Source: Acanthaster planci
Taxonomy: Eukaryota
Direction: 5' to 3'
DNA: 64,000 nt
NCBI RefSeq assembly: GCF_001949145.1
Contig: NW_019091362.1
Coordinates: 2,301,838 to 2,365,837 of the forward strand
Part shown: piece after piece, positions 26,293 to 38,803 of the stretch
How the letters are laid out: every line of letters begins with the position of its first letter
Position numbering within the stretch: position 1 is the first letter of the stretch
Translations under genes and position numbers: made by a program
Notes under the pieces: generated by a model
Told to the model about the DNA's origin: nothing
Databases searched by the model: none
Seen by the model: only the letters and a program-made list of their open reading frames with translations

Positions 26293-27092
26293 CCTCAGGG
26301 GAACAGGCCTACATGTATACACGTGCATTATATGAGTGCATTTTGACTCCAACAGAGAAGTGACTTCTAGCCAAAAAGACCTGGTTCTGTGACCTCTATT
26401 CTACCGCGAATTCCCAGTGCACCCCTCCCCCAAAAGGAGAAACATGAATACAAATAAGTGCAAAACATGTCACCTCTGACCACACAGGGCAAACACATGT
26501 AACTGTGGGACTACGTTTCTCCTCCCCCCCCCATCTTGACTGCACCGCTGGTGCCGTCTAGTCCGCTTGGAACACTATTCAAATGGTCAGGATGGTGCTC
26601 CAAACAGAATTCTGACATTAGACTGAGACGGCTAATAGCAGTGACAGGCTCTGCTCATGAATCACAGACAGGGAAAGGCCATACCAGGTACCAACTGGGA
26701 AAGTCAAACACGGCCAGAAAATCATGGTCTTATGTTAATGATCCCATGTAATGAATGGCAAGGAGTGGTTTCCAGCAGCACGCCAGTTAGAATTCAATCA
26801 TGCACTCCAAATAACAGCTAATCATCAAGATATCAAATATGTATGTGTGTACACAATGTGAAGTGGTTCGCAGTGAGCAGTATGTACTTACTTGTACATG
26901 TGTATACGTGTAAATGTACATGTAGTTTGTGCTACCGTACGTGTATGTGTGAATGGGCCATTAGGAAATGTACAGTACATGTATAAATGTACATGCTCAC
27001 AGCAACGCAGACTTACATGTACATGTATGTAATAAATAATGTTGGCAAGTATCAGGGCCAAGGATCAGACTTGAAGACCAGAAGAAGCCTAC

Positions 27093-27362
27093 CTTTAGCT
27101 AATACTGGTCGTTCATCTTCCTCTTCCTCCGCATAATCCAAGGGCTCCTTCCTGCCCCCTTTGTTCCTCTTGTTGGTGTAAATGCCGTCTTGGTGTTCTT
27201 CCGCCTCGCTCCTCGCCGCATGCTTTTGCTCGGCTGCGGCAAATCCTGTGAGGTTCCGAAAGAGCTGGCTGCCGTTTGTGTAGATGATGTCCACCTTCTG
27301 CTCAACGGTGCCCAGGCGCTGCAGGATGTTTTCCAGAAGGACGGCCAAGGTTCGCTTCAGGT
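27093..27362 (-). CDS. MGAT5: MGAT5 coding exon 2 (stem / coiled region)
   Basis: cacacag|AC CTG AAG CGA gives DLKRTLAVLLENILQRLGTVEQKVD, matching vertebrate DLKKTLAVLLDNILQRIGKLESKVD. Donor G|GTAGGC, phase 1 to 1. Confidence 0.92.
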
Positions 27363-29390
27363 CTGTGTGGATCCCAAAAAACAAATACGGATATGATTTA
27401 AAGTTATGAGTCAATGACTTCATGTTGTTAAAGTGAGTCATACTGTACATAATATGCACATACACGTACAGTACGACTGGTCCCCATATAGTCATTAAGA
27501 AGGTGATTTCTCTCCTGCATTACATGAGCATGCACACGTGTACACACTGTAAATGTACATGTGTACATGCACTGACCCTCAGCTCTTTTTCCCTCAACAC
27601 ATCATGATACACGCTTGCATATGTCAAACTGGACCAAACGCTGATTGACTGCACTAGCAAGGGGTTTTTTGGGGAGGGGATACACTTTTATCTTTACATG
27701 TACATGTATGGTGTAGTCGTACTGGTAAATATCCGCTACACGTACATGTGTACCATATACATACATGCACAGTACATGAACCGGTACATTCACCAGCCGA
27801 CCAGTTTTAACCAATACTGCACACTGCACCGTAGTTTATAAGATCATGTGTAATCTGCCGACTTTGTTTAGTTGAATAAAATGTCCATACGTGGATATTT
27901 ACACTGGTCCATCACTGTTGTACCAGGGCACATCTCAAGTATTATGTCAATTGTGACACATGACCTTTTTCAAGCAATGATATATGTACCGGGAGGGGGG
28001 ACATGCTGTTTTTCACAATTACAGATAATCTGCAAACTTTTTTTTCCTTCATGCATTGATATCAGTACATCATGTTAACTACAGTACATGTACATTTCGA
28101 TACTGAACACGCTGTACATGTACATGTAGGTGTGCAAGTATCGTTGGGGTCAAAATAAAATACCCACTACGTATGCATGTACATTGTACAATGTGCAAGT
28201 GTATGATGTACTTGTACATATATGCCGGTACATGTCCCACTGGATGACTTGATTTCAATGATGCTTGTCATCTTTTATGACTAAATAGGAAACATTACAC
28301 ACTCTGAAAGGTGCATACTGCACAGAAACATGTTTGCTTCATATGAAAAAAAACTCAAGAACAGATCTACGTGTATACTGTAGAACTATGCATGTTTAAA
28401 GACGAGGATCAACTGAAAAACATGGGTAGGCCTTATCGAAAGCATTAATAACTGCATGCATGTCTACACTGCCACTACCGGTATGTGCTACTAAAATTAC
28501 AAGCAATTCATTTTCAATGCCCGCAGAATAATCAATGCTGGGTGGTATTCCAATTAGGTATGTAAATGACCACATATGGTTTGAAGTTGGTTAGTTGATA
28601 CTACATGAACATGTAGCTTCCCACAATATTGAAAATTGACAAACTACCGGGTACCTTTACCAGTAGTTCCAGAGATGAAACCCGGGGTCTAAAACCTTGG
28701 GGTGCTATTACCAACTATTCAACTGAAATACTGCATGTTACATTTGTTTGACTATGAAGGCCTACACCAGCACAAGTATGGTACATAACACCTCTGTGAA
28801 ACACGACATGTATTTCTTTGTGGTACATGTACATGTGTTGCCATCTATTCAGGTGTATGTGGTACCACCTACATGTACATAACGGTATAGCTACATGTAT
28901 GCACAAAGAGTGATGTTCAGGCACATGTGCCAGTAAATGTATGCCTGTGAGCCACAAGCAACAGTTCCTTGATTATCTCATTAAGGGCATGTCCAGATGA
29001 ACTATCACACGGGTACCTAAGTGCTACATGATGTTCATCTGGGCATGCGTATGGTACTTACTTCGTGCACGAAAGCTTGCATGCGCGTTTGGCAAACAGC
29101 AACGATAACGGACGGTGAAAGGTCCGATGGCAATTCAGCTCTGTGTCATGAATGTGTATTAGGTGTACATGTACGTAGCGGTACATGTACTAGTATTGTA
29201 CTTAGAAAACAAAATCAGTTTTCACAATCTACCCTGATGGTGACATACGTGAATGTGCAATACATATGGCTCAGGCCAATATTGTGTTGAGGGTTAAGAA
29301 AATTAGGACTGACTTGGGGAGACCAAAATCGCTAAATCTTCATGAACCTACAGGGGTAGCTTAGGGTATGGTACCGATAACGTTTGCAGA

Positions 29391-30108
29391 CCACTGACTT
29401 GTGTGCAGAGCAGCTGTGCTTCATTGACTTATGTATCATGGGGCAGAGCCAACTGCTCCACTCCCTTGATTTGTGTATGGAGTAATTCCACCAGCTCTGC
29501 TCCATTGTCTCGTGAGCAGAGCAGCTGTGCCCCATTGCATTGTGTATGAGCAATTCCACCAGCTCTGCTCCATTGTCTTGTGCGCAGAGCAGCTGTGCTC
29601 CATCGACTTGTGCGGAGCACCTGTGCTCAGTTGATTGTGTGCAGAGCAACTTCACTGGCTCCGCTCAGCTCCATTGACTCCTGTGTGAAGCAGCTCCGAC
29701 TCTTGCCCCCCCTCCAACTTGTGTGACTCCCAGGNNNNNNNNNNNNNNNNNNNNNNNNNNNNNNNNNNNNNNNNNNNNNNNNNNNNNNNNNNNNNNNNNN
29801 NNNNNNNNNNNNNNNNNNNNNNNNNNNNNNNNNNNNNNNNNNNNNNNNNNNNNNNNNNNNNNNNNNNNNNNNNNNNNNNNNNNNNNNNNNNNNNNNNNNN
29901 NNNNNNNNNNNNNNNNNNNNNNNNNNNNNNNNNNNNNNNNNNNNNNNNNNNNAGCATCTGTGTTCCATTGATTGTGAGTGGAACAACTCCACTGGCTCTG
30001 CCCCACTGACTTCCATGTGGAGCAGCTGTGCTCCACTGTCTCGTTTGTGGAGCAATTGTAACAGCTCCCTCCCATTGACTCCTTTGTGGAACAACTCCAA
30101 CAGCTCCA
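29391..30108. repeat. GC-rich minisatellite (gagcagctgtgctccattgact-type subunits) spanning an assembly gap
   Basis: gagcagctgtgc / gctccattg motifs recur on both sides of the N-run 29735-29952. Confidence 0.85.
29735..29952. other. Assembly gap (N-run)
   Basis: Ns. Confidence 1.
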
Positions 30109-32526
30109 TCCAACCATCTAAGGATGGTTGGAGTCTGAGGTATTCTCAGATGGGTACCTGCCCTCGTTACAGGGATCAAAACACCTTGTGACACCAAGTG
30201 TGGGAGGCTGCACCTGCTCTGTCCATTTCTGCACCAAAGTGAGATTCCTTGTGGGCCCTGGCCTTTGTTGCGGTGGTGCAGAAAGCATGAGGTATCTCCT
30301 GGACAAAACCCCATCCATACTCCTTGAACAGGTGCAGCGCAACATTCCAAGTGGAAACGAATGACTGTTGCGTTGCTACCTCAAGCATAGGGCAGTTCCC
30401 CAAGGGACCCTACATGTACCGGAACATGTATTAAGTAGTGTAGGAAACTTGGAGTGTTGCTACACAAACTTAAGCCCCATCTTGGCTGCATTGACAGGCA
30501 CACCTCAAATACATGTACATGTACATTCTGAGTGGAATGGGGTGTCTGTTGTGCCACTATCTACAGCGTGAGGCAGTTTCCTGTGGGTCTTGGCACAAGG
30601 TGGACTGGCACAAAGATCACGGGGAATCCCAAGACCACTGTGCCCGTTGGTTCTTTGCTACCAAATAATTGCAGTACATGTACATGTATTTCAAGCAGTG
30701 ACTGAAATTAAACTATTCAGTGAAATGTATCAAGCTTTCAGGGTCATAGCAAGGTTCAATCGTGAATCTTTTAATATATTTGTACTACCGGTGCCTGGTA
30801 CATGTACCAAGGAAAAAATCCATTACAATTATCAACATGTTCACATGAGTACAAAGTGCACTTATGTGTACATGTACACGTACATGTAAATAGGTACATG
30901 TACAGTTGTACACTTCAAACTCTGTACAGATTTCATAAAGTACCGCACACTGCAAATACATGTACATGTAGGTACGTATATAAAAAGTGCACCTTACTAC
31001 ATACATGTACATGTACTCTAATAACTGTGGGCAATCCTGAAACGACAGAGCCCAATTTTAATTTGCAAGCTTACATCCCTCACACATTTTGTGCAACTTT
31101 ATACTTTAAATGAAACCTACGTGTTGGGTTACATGTGTATCGAAGAAAGAACTATTTGAAGTATTTCAAATTGCCAGCGCTAATCAGGACGAGTAGAAGC
31201 ACTGTAGCAGTGGTATCAGACATGAAAGACCATTCATTTCAGAGTTTTTCTGTTACAACTGTGAATGTGAAACCAAACTTTGGGCATCAAAACATCATGC
31301 ACTTTCCGAGCCACGAATCACCAAAGAGGAAATTTAGTTTTAATTTTAAGCATTGAGGTTTTTTTTCCCCAAGGAATACAATTTTGTCCTTGACTATGGC
31401 AATTACTCATTAGCATTAAAACCTTAAAGGCATCTAATACTCCTTATAACACCAAAACAAACATTGAAAATGTTGAGACAGGAAGGTGAATTTTCAAGGG
31501 TTGTTGACCAAAAATGCTTTGCACGGCCTTTTAAGTTGTTTATAACTCTGGCATACTACCATTCAGTTCACAGATTGGCACTCAATTTGGACATGTCTCG
31601 GTACATGTGCAGTGTACGTACACCTAATGCAACATGATGGCTGTGACTTGACGTCCTGACGCTCAATCAAATTCACACCAGACCAGGATTGGATTTTGAT
31701 AGGCAAGGATCAGTGGTCCACTCTTGTTCATACAGGTATGACGTTAGTGGGCATTACGCCATACACGCCTTTCCTGAGCAACGGTGGAAAAAGTTCGGGC
31801 CATGGAAACGGCACAAAGGCCTGTGCTGCAGGCGCAGGTGATTAGAGATGTGCGTGTAATGCCACATATCCATGAAATGATTATGATATGACATGCAATC
31901 TGATAATATCATGTGAAACGGAGTGGCATATGGTACATGTATACAATGCACACGTACCTGTATTTGATCAAAGCACACCGGCTAATATTGGGATCCCTTA
32001 ACCCTAATCCCCTAGGGACCATTGAAATCCTGCAAAAAAGGCTGCATAGCCTAGTTGGGTTCAGCATGGTTAGGCTTCAATTTTCCAAATCTCAGTGTTT
32101 TTTCTCCATGTGCCATGCATGTACATGTATGGCATAGTGTTCCAGAATTTAGTCCCTTGTACTCAATCTACATGTACCTGCTTATTTGTCTAATAAGAAA
32201 AGAAGTTTAAGTTTGAAACTATCATCTGTGACCTGAATAACTGATCCCACAAAATGAGTCTTATAGCCATATTGTCCATAATTTTGTTTTGAGAGTGCAT
32301 TATAAGATCAAAGTAAACTCATTCTGATGTACAGTACCTGTGTGAGTCACTTCACAATGGAAATGGACATTAGGTGGGCAATAACGTTGAGGGTTTCAGC
32401 GAAAGATTAGCCAAACAGGTAACTCAGGAGTGGCTCTCTCATACCGTACTTGTAACTACCATAAATAAGTACGGTAACACATAAAAAAGCTGAGATTTGA
32501 CAGAAAGGCCAAGGGTTTGTTCTTAC

Positions 32527-32767
32527 CATACACCACTCCCGAGTTTTGAGCGTTCAGACCTTCTCTCTCCTCATTGGCCAGCGCCTTGACGTACAGCTCG
32601 CTGTCCTCCAAAATCTTCTGCCGCAGCCGGTCGCTCTCCCGCACCCCGGGCTGGGCCCGGTACAAGGTGTAGTTCATGAACGCGTACACCCAGGTTAGCA
32701 TCAGGAACAGCAGGAAGATGCCGATCCGGCTGGAGGTGATCAAACGGCAGCACTTGCGGCCAAGCAT
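32527..32767 (-). CDS. MGAT5: MGAT5 (alpha-1,6-mannosylglycoprotein beta-1,6-N-acetylglucosaminyltransferase V) coding exon 1: cytoplasmic tail, type II TM anchor, start of stem
   Basis: Translates MLGRKCCRLITSSRIGIFLLFLMLTWVYAFMNY...LRQKILEDSELYVKALANEE, resembling the vertebrate GnT-V N-terminus (LREQILDLSKRYIKALAEE). Ends TAT G|GTAAG, 241 nt, phase 1. Confidence 0.92.
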
Positions 32768-33041
32768 CGCACCTCCTTCCAGTGACTACATGAATGCTGA
32801 CAAACAAAGCCCAACTCTCTCGGTGTCATCCAGTCATGGCATGGACAACACACTCGGTCCCATGTACATAACCATGCACGTCCTAGCCTCCTTTACTGGT
32901 AGCTACGTGTATGGCTAATGATTTTTCACTCCTCTTGTGTCATGAGCCTCATTTACATGTATACCTGCAGTATAATCCTGTATTCACACAAAAAGAAGGC
33001 ATACGTGTACATGAGTGTTCAGGTGTGCTATATAATTATAA

Positions 33042-33469
33042 AGGAGATGGATGAACAGATGATAGGTTGATCGTTACAGATGTGATGGATAATTGATTTC
33101 GTTGAACTACAAGAAAACATTACTGACGCACCTCTAGGTGTGGCTCTCTTAATATCAAGTGAATACCATACGTGCGTATAACATAGCAATTTACGTACAT
33201 GCTATTCAACTGAACATACCAGTATACACTGGTATACTGCACATGTAAAATTTTGAGGAGATGGATGAACAGATGATAGGTTGATCGTTACAGATGTGAT
33301 GGATAATTGATTTCGTTGAACTACAAGAAAACATTACTGACGCACATCTAGGTGTGGCTCTCTTAATATCAAGTGAATACCATACGTGCGTATAACATAG
33401 CAATTTACGTACATGCTATTCAACTGAACATACCAGTATACACTGGTAAACTGCACATGTAAAATTTTG
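33042..33469. repeat. Near-perfect 214-bp tandem duplication
   Basis: 33042-33255 versus 33256-33469; two substitutions seen by eye. Confidence 0.95.
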
Positions 33470-34234
33470 TGAAGTGAAAATGCTGGCACTCGATCTCCTG
33501 CATGCCTACAGTACCTACGTTGTACATACCATAATTTGCACTAGTATGGATTTCACTTTCATCACATGTATACTTATGCGCCTAAAACAGGCTTAGCACA
33601 AGCATACATGTACATGTAAGTAGTACTGTACATGTACATCTACAAGTACATGTATACAACCACCATGTCACCGTACATGTACTCACGCAGTATGACAGGC
33701 GGAGTCTTTAGTGTCCAAGTCATGCAAGTGAGAACAGCCTTGGACAAGTTAACTAAACTTTGACCAATGCTACTCGATTTACACTGTTGGATTAGCCAGT
33801 CCATTGTTTGGAACCACGACCTAGAGCAATGTACCAGTAACTTGGCTGGTAACTGACAGCACTTTGCATAACTCAATACAGAGGGCACTATCGACATGAT
33901 ACATGTAGACAGCAGAGAATATTAACGTACTGACAGGTGCAACAAATTCAAAATACTGAGCTTTGATGGGATTTGTTGAACAATGCGTGGATCCACCATA
34001 CAGGTAGTTGCTGAAGTGGATCTGCACAAATACATTAACAAGAAGCACTCAATCAGTGGTCATGAGTCCAATTAGTGTAGTTTCCGCCTGAGCAGTCTGT
34101 GTATGTTTCGTTCGTTTGTACTGGATTTGAAAACGAAAATTAAACAACCCCAAAAACAAGTCATTTTCTGCTGTTCGATTTAAAAATGAAAATAAAAAAT
34201 CCACAAACGAGTTGATTATCTTTTTTCAATTTAA

Positions 34235-34650
34235 CCCCTTCGCGCCAAGAGACGGTAAAAGCCGCCGTAAAAATTGAGATCCTCAGGCTGCTTGTCATCT
34301 ATTATTCTCGGCCCACACTCAAGCGAACACGGTGAAAGAAGACAGACCCTGGCTCTTGTATATATGGTGATTGGCCTTTGTGTGTAGCCAAGAAATGAAA
34401 TGACCGAATTTGCATCATAATCACCAGCTTCCCAATAGTCCCCACTTTGAAAAGAGGTAACGGGAATGTGGAAGCGTGAGTAGAGCCGCATGCCACCGAA
34501 CAATGAGCCTTTTCACTGTGTAATTCAAAGCGTGCAAAGCATGCAGGGCCACAAACCGAGAATTTGCAGTTTGGAAGGTGGCCTTCGTGGCCAAGTGAGG
34601 CTGGAATTTTTGGAGTCAGCTTTTAGAAAAAAATTCCCATCTTCAAGGGG
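34235..34650. mobile_element. Second TTAA-flanked (piggyBac-like) non-autonomous element
   Basis: TTAA-CCCCTT ... AAGGGG-TTAA. CpG-richer than its flanks. Only a 6-bp perfect TIR and a single copy here. Confidence 0.6.
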
Positions 34651-34707
34651 TTAAACACATAACATGGGAAAACACAAGTAGTTTCTCATCTTTCACTTAA
34701 AACTTAA

Positions 34708-35218
34708 CCACTCGCTGCCAGGTACGGTACCTTTGGAAATGCTGTGTCTCAAACTGGGCGATTTTCGATATCTTCAGTTTTAACAAATCTTCCAAAATTC
34801 ATATCTTTTTCTCCTGAATGCCTAAACCACATTGAGTGCCTGTCCGGTGGTTACTGGAATCTGACAGACAACATCTGTTGATGCCCAAGTATTTCAGCCA
34901 GGCCTGCCGCCTTGTAAAAAGAGCCCAGTTTGTGCGGTGTTACATAAGTTTCTTTTGTTCCTGAAACTGGCATAGTGCCCTGCTGATGTCTTTTCAATAG
35001 GGGCCAGATTAGCATGCAGTGGCATTGTATCGCTTATCACTGGAGTGCTGGAGCACTTTTGTGCCTGGAGGTAATCCCCTCATGCTGAATGCCACAAATA
35101 GTGGTATAATCTTTCAAAACAATGATGGATTTCCCCTGCTATTGACAACTGAAAAAAAGGTTGGCAATTTCCAGCAGATCGGTCTTTTGTTCCGAGTACA
35201 GCCTTTCCTTACAAGGCC
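34708..35218 (+). mobile_element. piggyBac-type MITE family 1 (subfamily B-like), 3'-truncated
   Basis: Left end TTAA-CCACTCGCTGCCAGG. Shared core agtatttcagccaggcctgccgccttgtaaaaagagcccag. Similarity stops near 35218. Confidence 0.8.
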
Positions 35219-36190
35219 AAGGTACAAACCCAAGGTACTACTACTGAGTCACTTTCCATGCTTTTACAAAATCGGGCCTTCCACACTGGACTTTCCATCT
35301 CGGGAAAGGTACATGTACACGTAACTTGGGAATTTTTCATGGGCACAAGTTGACCAGTAAAAATGACCGCGCAACTCAGGAAAAGTAACTGAGAGGAAAA
35401 CTTCCTGGGATGTCTGAACTGGACTTAAAATGGGAAAAGTAACCATTGTCTTGGTAAGGTTGACCACAAAAGTACAGTACGGATAGGGCTTTAACCTTTT
35501 TTTTTTTTCAGAAAGAGGAACCTTGTGTGGACATGGATCAGTCCACACAAGGTTCAAATAACCTGCATTATGTGGACCGTTTTTGTTCACAAGTCCACAT
35601 GTTCGTAAGGTTCGCAACTCCACACACACACAGGTATACACGCACAGATGGCATCAGCCATCAGGCATGTCAGGTGACTAGACTCAGACTACATGGTTTT
35701 CCTAGACCAAGATAATAACATAAAGATGCCACCGATCACCTATCAATCTGAAGTGGTCCATGTACATGTACTTCACTATTTACTGGTAACTTACCGTACT
35801 GTTCAGATGACAAGAGAAATTTCTCATTTTTCACACAGGGTCCCCATCAGATTGTGGAGCTGCCATTACGAATTGTTCAAATTTTCTCAACCAGCATCTG
35901 TGGTCTGGTACCCTGAGGAGCTGTAACATTATTTGTCAGACTCCTCCACTGTGCAAACCAGACTGACCTGCCTTCCTGGGCATCATGTAAGCAGGTAGTT
36001 CAGACCATTTCCACTCACAAGAAAACTGCAATGGCAGATCAATTGCCACAAAGTCTGGACTCTCCACAAACATGGGAAATTTCTTTTACATCTGCCACTG
36101 AAATTGTACTATTTAAACAGGACACTACTGTGTGCTTATCTTGGATGTACATGTAAATGCAGACCTGTGCTGTGTTTGGTACCAGTAGTT

Positions 36191-36504
36191 CTGTTACGCC
36201 CCAACTATAGCATCAGTCCCAACTATACATGTAATTGGGCCCACTCCAACTACTCTGCTGTAGTTGGGCCGGCCCAACTACAGCAGAGAGGTCCTGCCTG
36301 CATGATGTGCCCAGCATGTGCCAAAGTCATATTGTTTAAAAATGTTATGTCATCGGTCATAGGGCTAGAGGAACAGATGTTTTAGATGAATTGTGTCAAG
36401 TGTGAGACACATTGACTTGTATAATGTTGAGACATTTCCCACAGACATCGGTCAATAGTTGGGCCAGCCCAACTGCAGCACTTTGCTATAGTTAGGCGTA
36501 ACAG
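36191..36504. mobile_element. MITE with CTGTTACGCC TIRs and internal palindromic subrepeats
   Basis: ctgttacgccccaactatagca / tgctatagttaggcgtaacag; repeated agttgggccNgcccaact units. Confidence 0.7.
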
Positions 36505-38201
36505 TTCTAAGGCAGTTTTGGGAAGTCAAACGTAATGGTTCGGATGGGCGATATATATTTTTGGATAAGGTCTACGGACAAAAGTACTTGTATTCAGACC
36601 CATATGTGATTCTGAGACCCTTAGGCCTGGTAGCTAGAAAAGTTACATGACCAAACAGGATTCTACCCATTTCTGAGAAGATTTGAAATTCTTTCAAATT
36701 GTCAGATAAAGTCAACAATATTTGCAAATACTGGACACGACACATCTGTTTGAAGAATTCCCAACATGTATCACAATTTGAAAAGAATTCGACTTTTTCT
36801 CAATAGTTTATACAGCTTTCCACATCTGCATGATTTTTATTACACCGACTGAAAAAAAAATGGACCATCCTAGCTGTGTGACTGGACTGATACTGGCAGG
36901 ACATATAACATCCCCTGCGCTAGATGTGTTCATGTACATGTATGTACACACATGTAGCTGTGACAGATAAAACAAGACTCCACCCCTGCCTCCGAAAATG
37001 GGCGAACTGACATTGGCCTGCAGCCGCGGCTGCTTGTGCACCGTGTGATGCGCACAAAGTGTACGGTACCGTGCAATCTGTCGGGTAGAAGATTGGAGAT
37101 TGGCGAGTAAAAGCCGAGATTTTTTTTTAAAAATGATCAGTGTAATAACCATCTTTATAAGGATTTCGATAGCTACCGATGTAAGTACCTCACGATTGCT
37201 CTCACAGAAAAATTTAATTAAGAAGGAAGAATAGAGAGCCTGCATGGGACGCCCTCCCAGAGGACACGTTTTGTTATTTAGATTTAACAACAATGAATGC
37301 ACAAAAGATTTACTCTAGCCTATCCTAGAGGAAGAAAGAAATGTTCTCTAATGAGACGTCATATGCAGGGGGTCTATTTGAATTTTGTTCAAAATAAAAA
37401 CAAAAAATGGCCAAGAGGCACACAGAGGTGCCTTTACCCTTTAGGTTTCCTTCCAGAATACCTGCATGACCTGTATACATGTGTACCTCTGCCTCAATCA
37501 TGCCAAAACAACGCAGAGATGAACCAGTCTAGGTTTAACCACACAGCTATCCTGTCCGTAGCCTAACATGTAACAAATGGGATTGGGTTTACATGTACCA
37601 TACTAGTATAGTTTTTAGTAGTCAGGTAGGCCTATAATTTAGTCACTTACTTTTTTCATGCTGTTGGCTGACAAAAACTATTCAGAAAAAGGAAGGTAAA
37701 GCAGTACAGGATTGACCGACGGCAGATCTATTGATTACACACACACACATTTACAGGTGCATGTGTAATGTTGGCTAACATTAGGCCTAATCAATAACTC
37801 ATCGTGATAATGTGTATACGATACCAGCGTGACCGGTTGTAAAGGCATGGAAGTGGTAAAGGCTAGGCCCGGCCTACTGCTGCCGTACAAGCTCAGCAGG
37901 CGGTGTTAGATCCGGAATGTCCTGCATTTCTTGTCTGCTCTAAGATCAAAATTTATGAAAATATAGGCCTAGGCCTGCATATCAACTACCTCTCATCACT
38001 TTTATACGGAATCAGTGTTGTCTTCAGAAACAATGACCGGCTCTATAATGCTCAAATTTGTCACACAATAACGTTTCTCACCATTATCAGCCCCAATCCT
38101 TTACTGTTTTTCACAACTTTCGCATCATCGATACAGAACCAGAGATAGAATTGAATCAGTCGCAGTCGCACGGTGGCGCCCTTCCGATTGCTCGAGCAGG
38201 A

Positions 38202-38213
38202 CAACATGGCGGC
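38202..38213 (+). promoter_or_regulatory. YY1-like / strong Kozak motif CAACATGGCGGC overlapping the RBM28 start codon, in a locally CpG-richer promoter region
   Basis: Exact sequence CAACATGGCGGC. The motif is typical of housekeeping genes with short 5' UTRs. Confidence 0.55.
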
Positions 38214-38350
38214 GCCTATGAATTCCCATGTGGAGTCCAAGTCTACGCTGTTCGTGAGAAATTTACCTTTCACGACAACCAAGGAACAGCTGGAAGGAGT
38301 TTTTAGTGAAGTTGGACCCATTAAGAAGAGCTTTGTTGTTACAGAAAAAG
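38206..38350 (+). CDS. RBM28: RBM28 (RNA-binding protein 28, Nop4 orthologue) exon 1, RRM1 start
   Basis: CAAC ATG GCG start gives [48 protein letters not shown] with RNP2 LFVRNL. Donor G|GTATCT, phase 1. Confidence 0.92.
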
Positions 38351-38368
38351 GTATCTTTCATTGATGAA

Positions 38369-38803
38369 GGAGGGATTGTAAGTTTTGGGACCCACCTGAG
38401 CTGAACATGCTGAACGCGGCATGCGGCAGTGGCTAACGTTGGGGATTGTATACTTGGGGACCCCAGTTTTTTGACATTTTAAACTTGCAAAACTAGTAAC
38501 TTCCCCCCCCCCCAAAAAAAGCAACATTGTCTTCATTGCGCTGACCCTATTTTTGGGAAATTGTAAATTGTGAGAAAATGTGACTTTTTTACTGATAAAC
38601 TAACCATGCAAACTTGAATTCACCATGCAGGCCATGTGTCATGTGTCAAAACACTCACAGTTTCCCCTCAAAACCCTACTTTTTTGACAACATTAACCCT
38701 ACAGTTATTAAGCATGATGCCAAAGTCATTTACATGTACCTAGGTCAATTCAAAATTTAAAATGTTTGTTATAGGAACAGGGTCCCCAAATTTACAATCT
38801 CCC
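38369..38803. mobile_element. Decayed TIR element just after RBM28 exon 1
   Basis: gggattgtaagttttgggaccc / gggtccccaaatttacaatctccc inverted pair. A similar solo end lies at ~41270. Confidence 0.45.
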
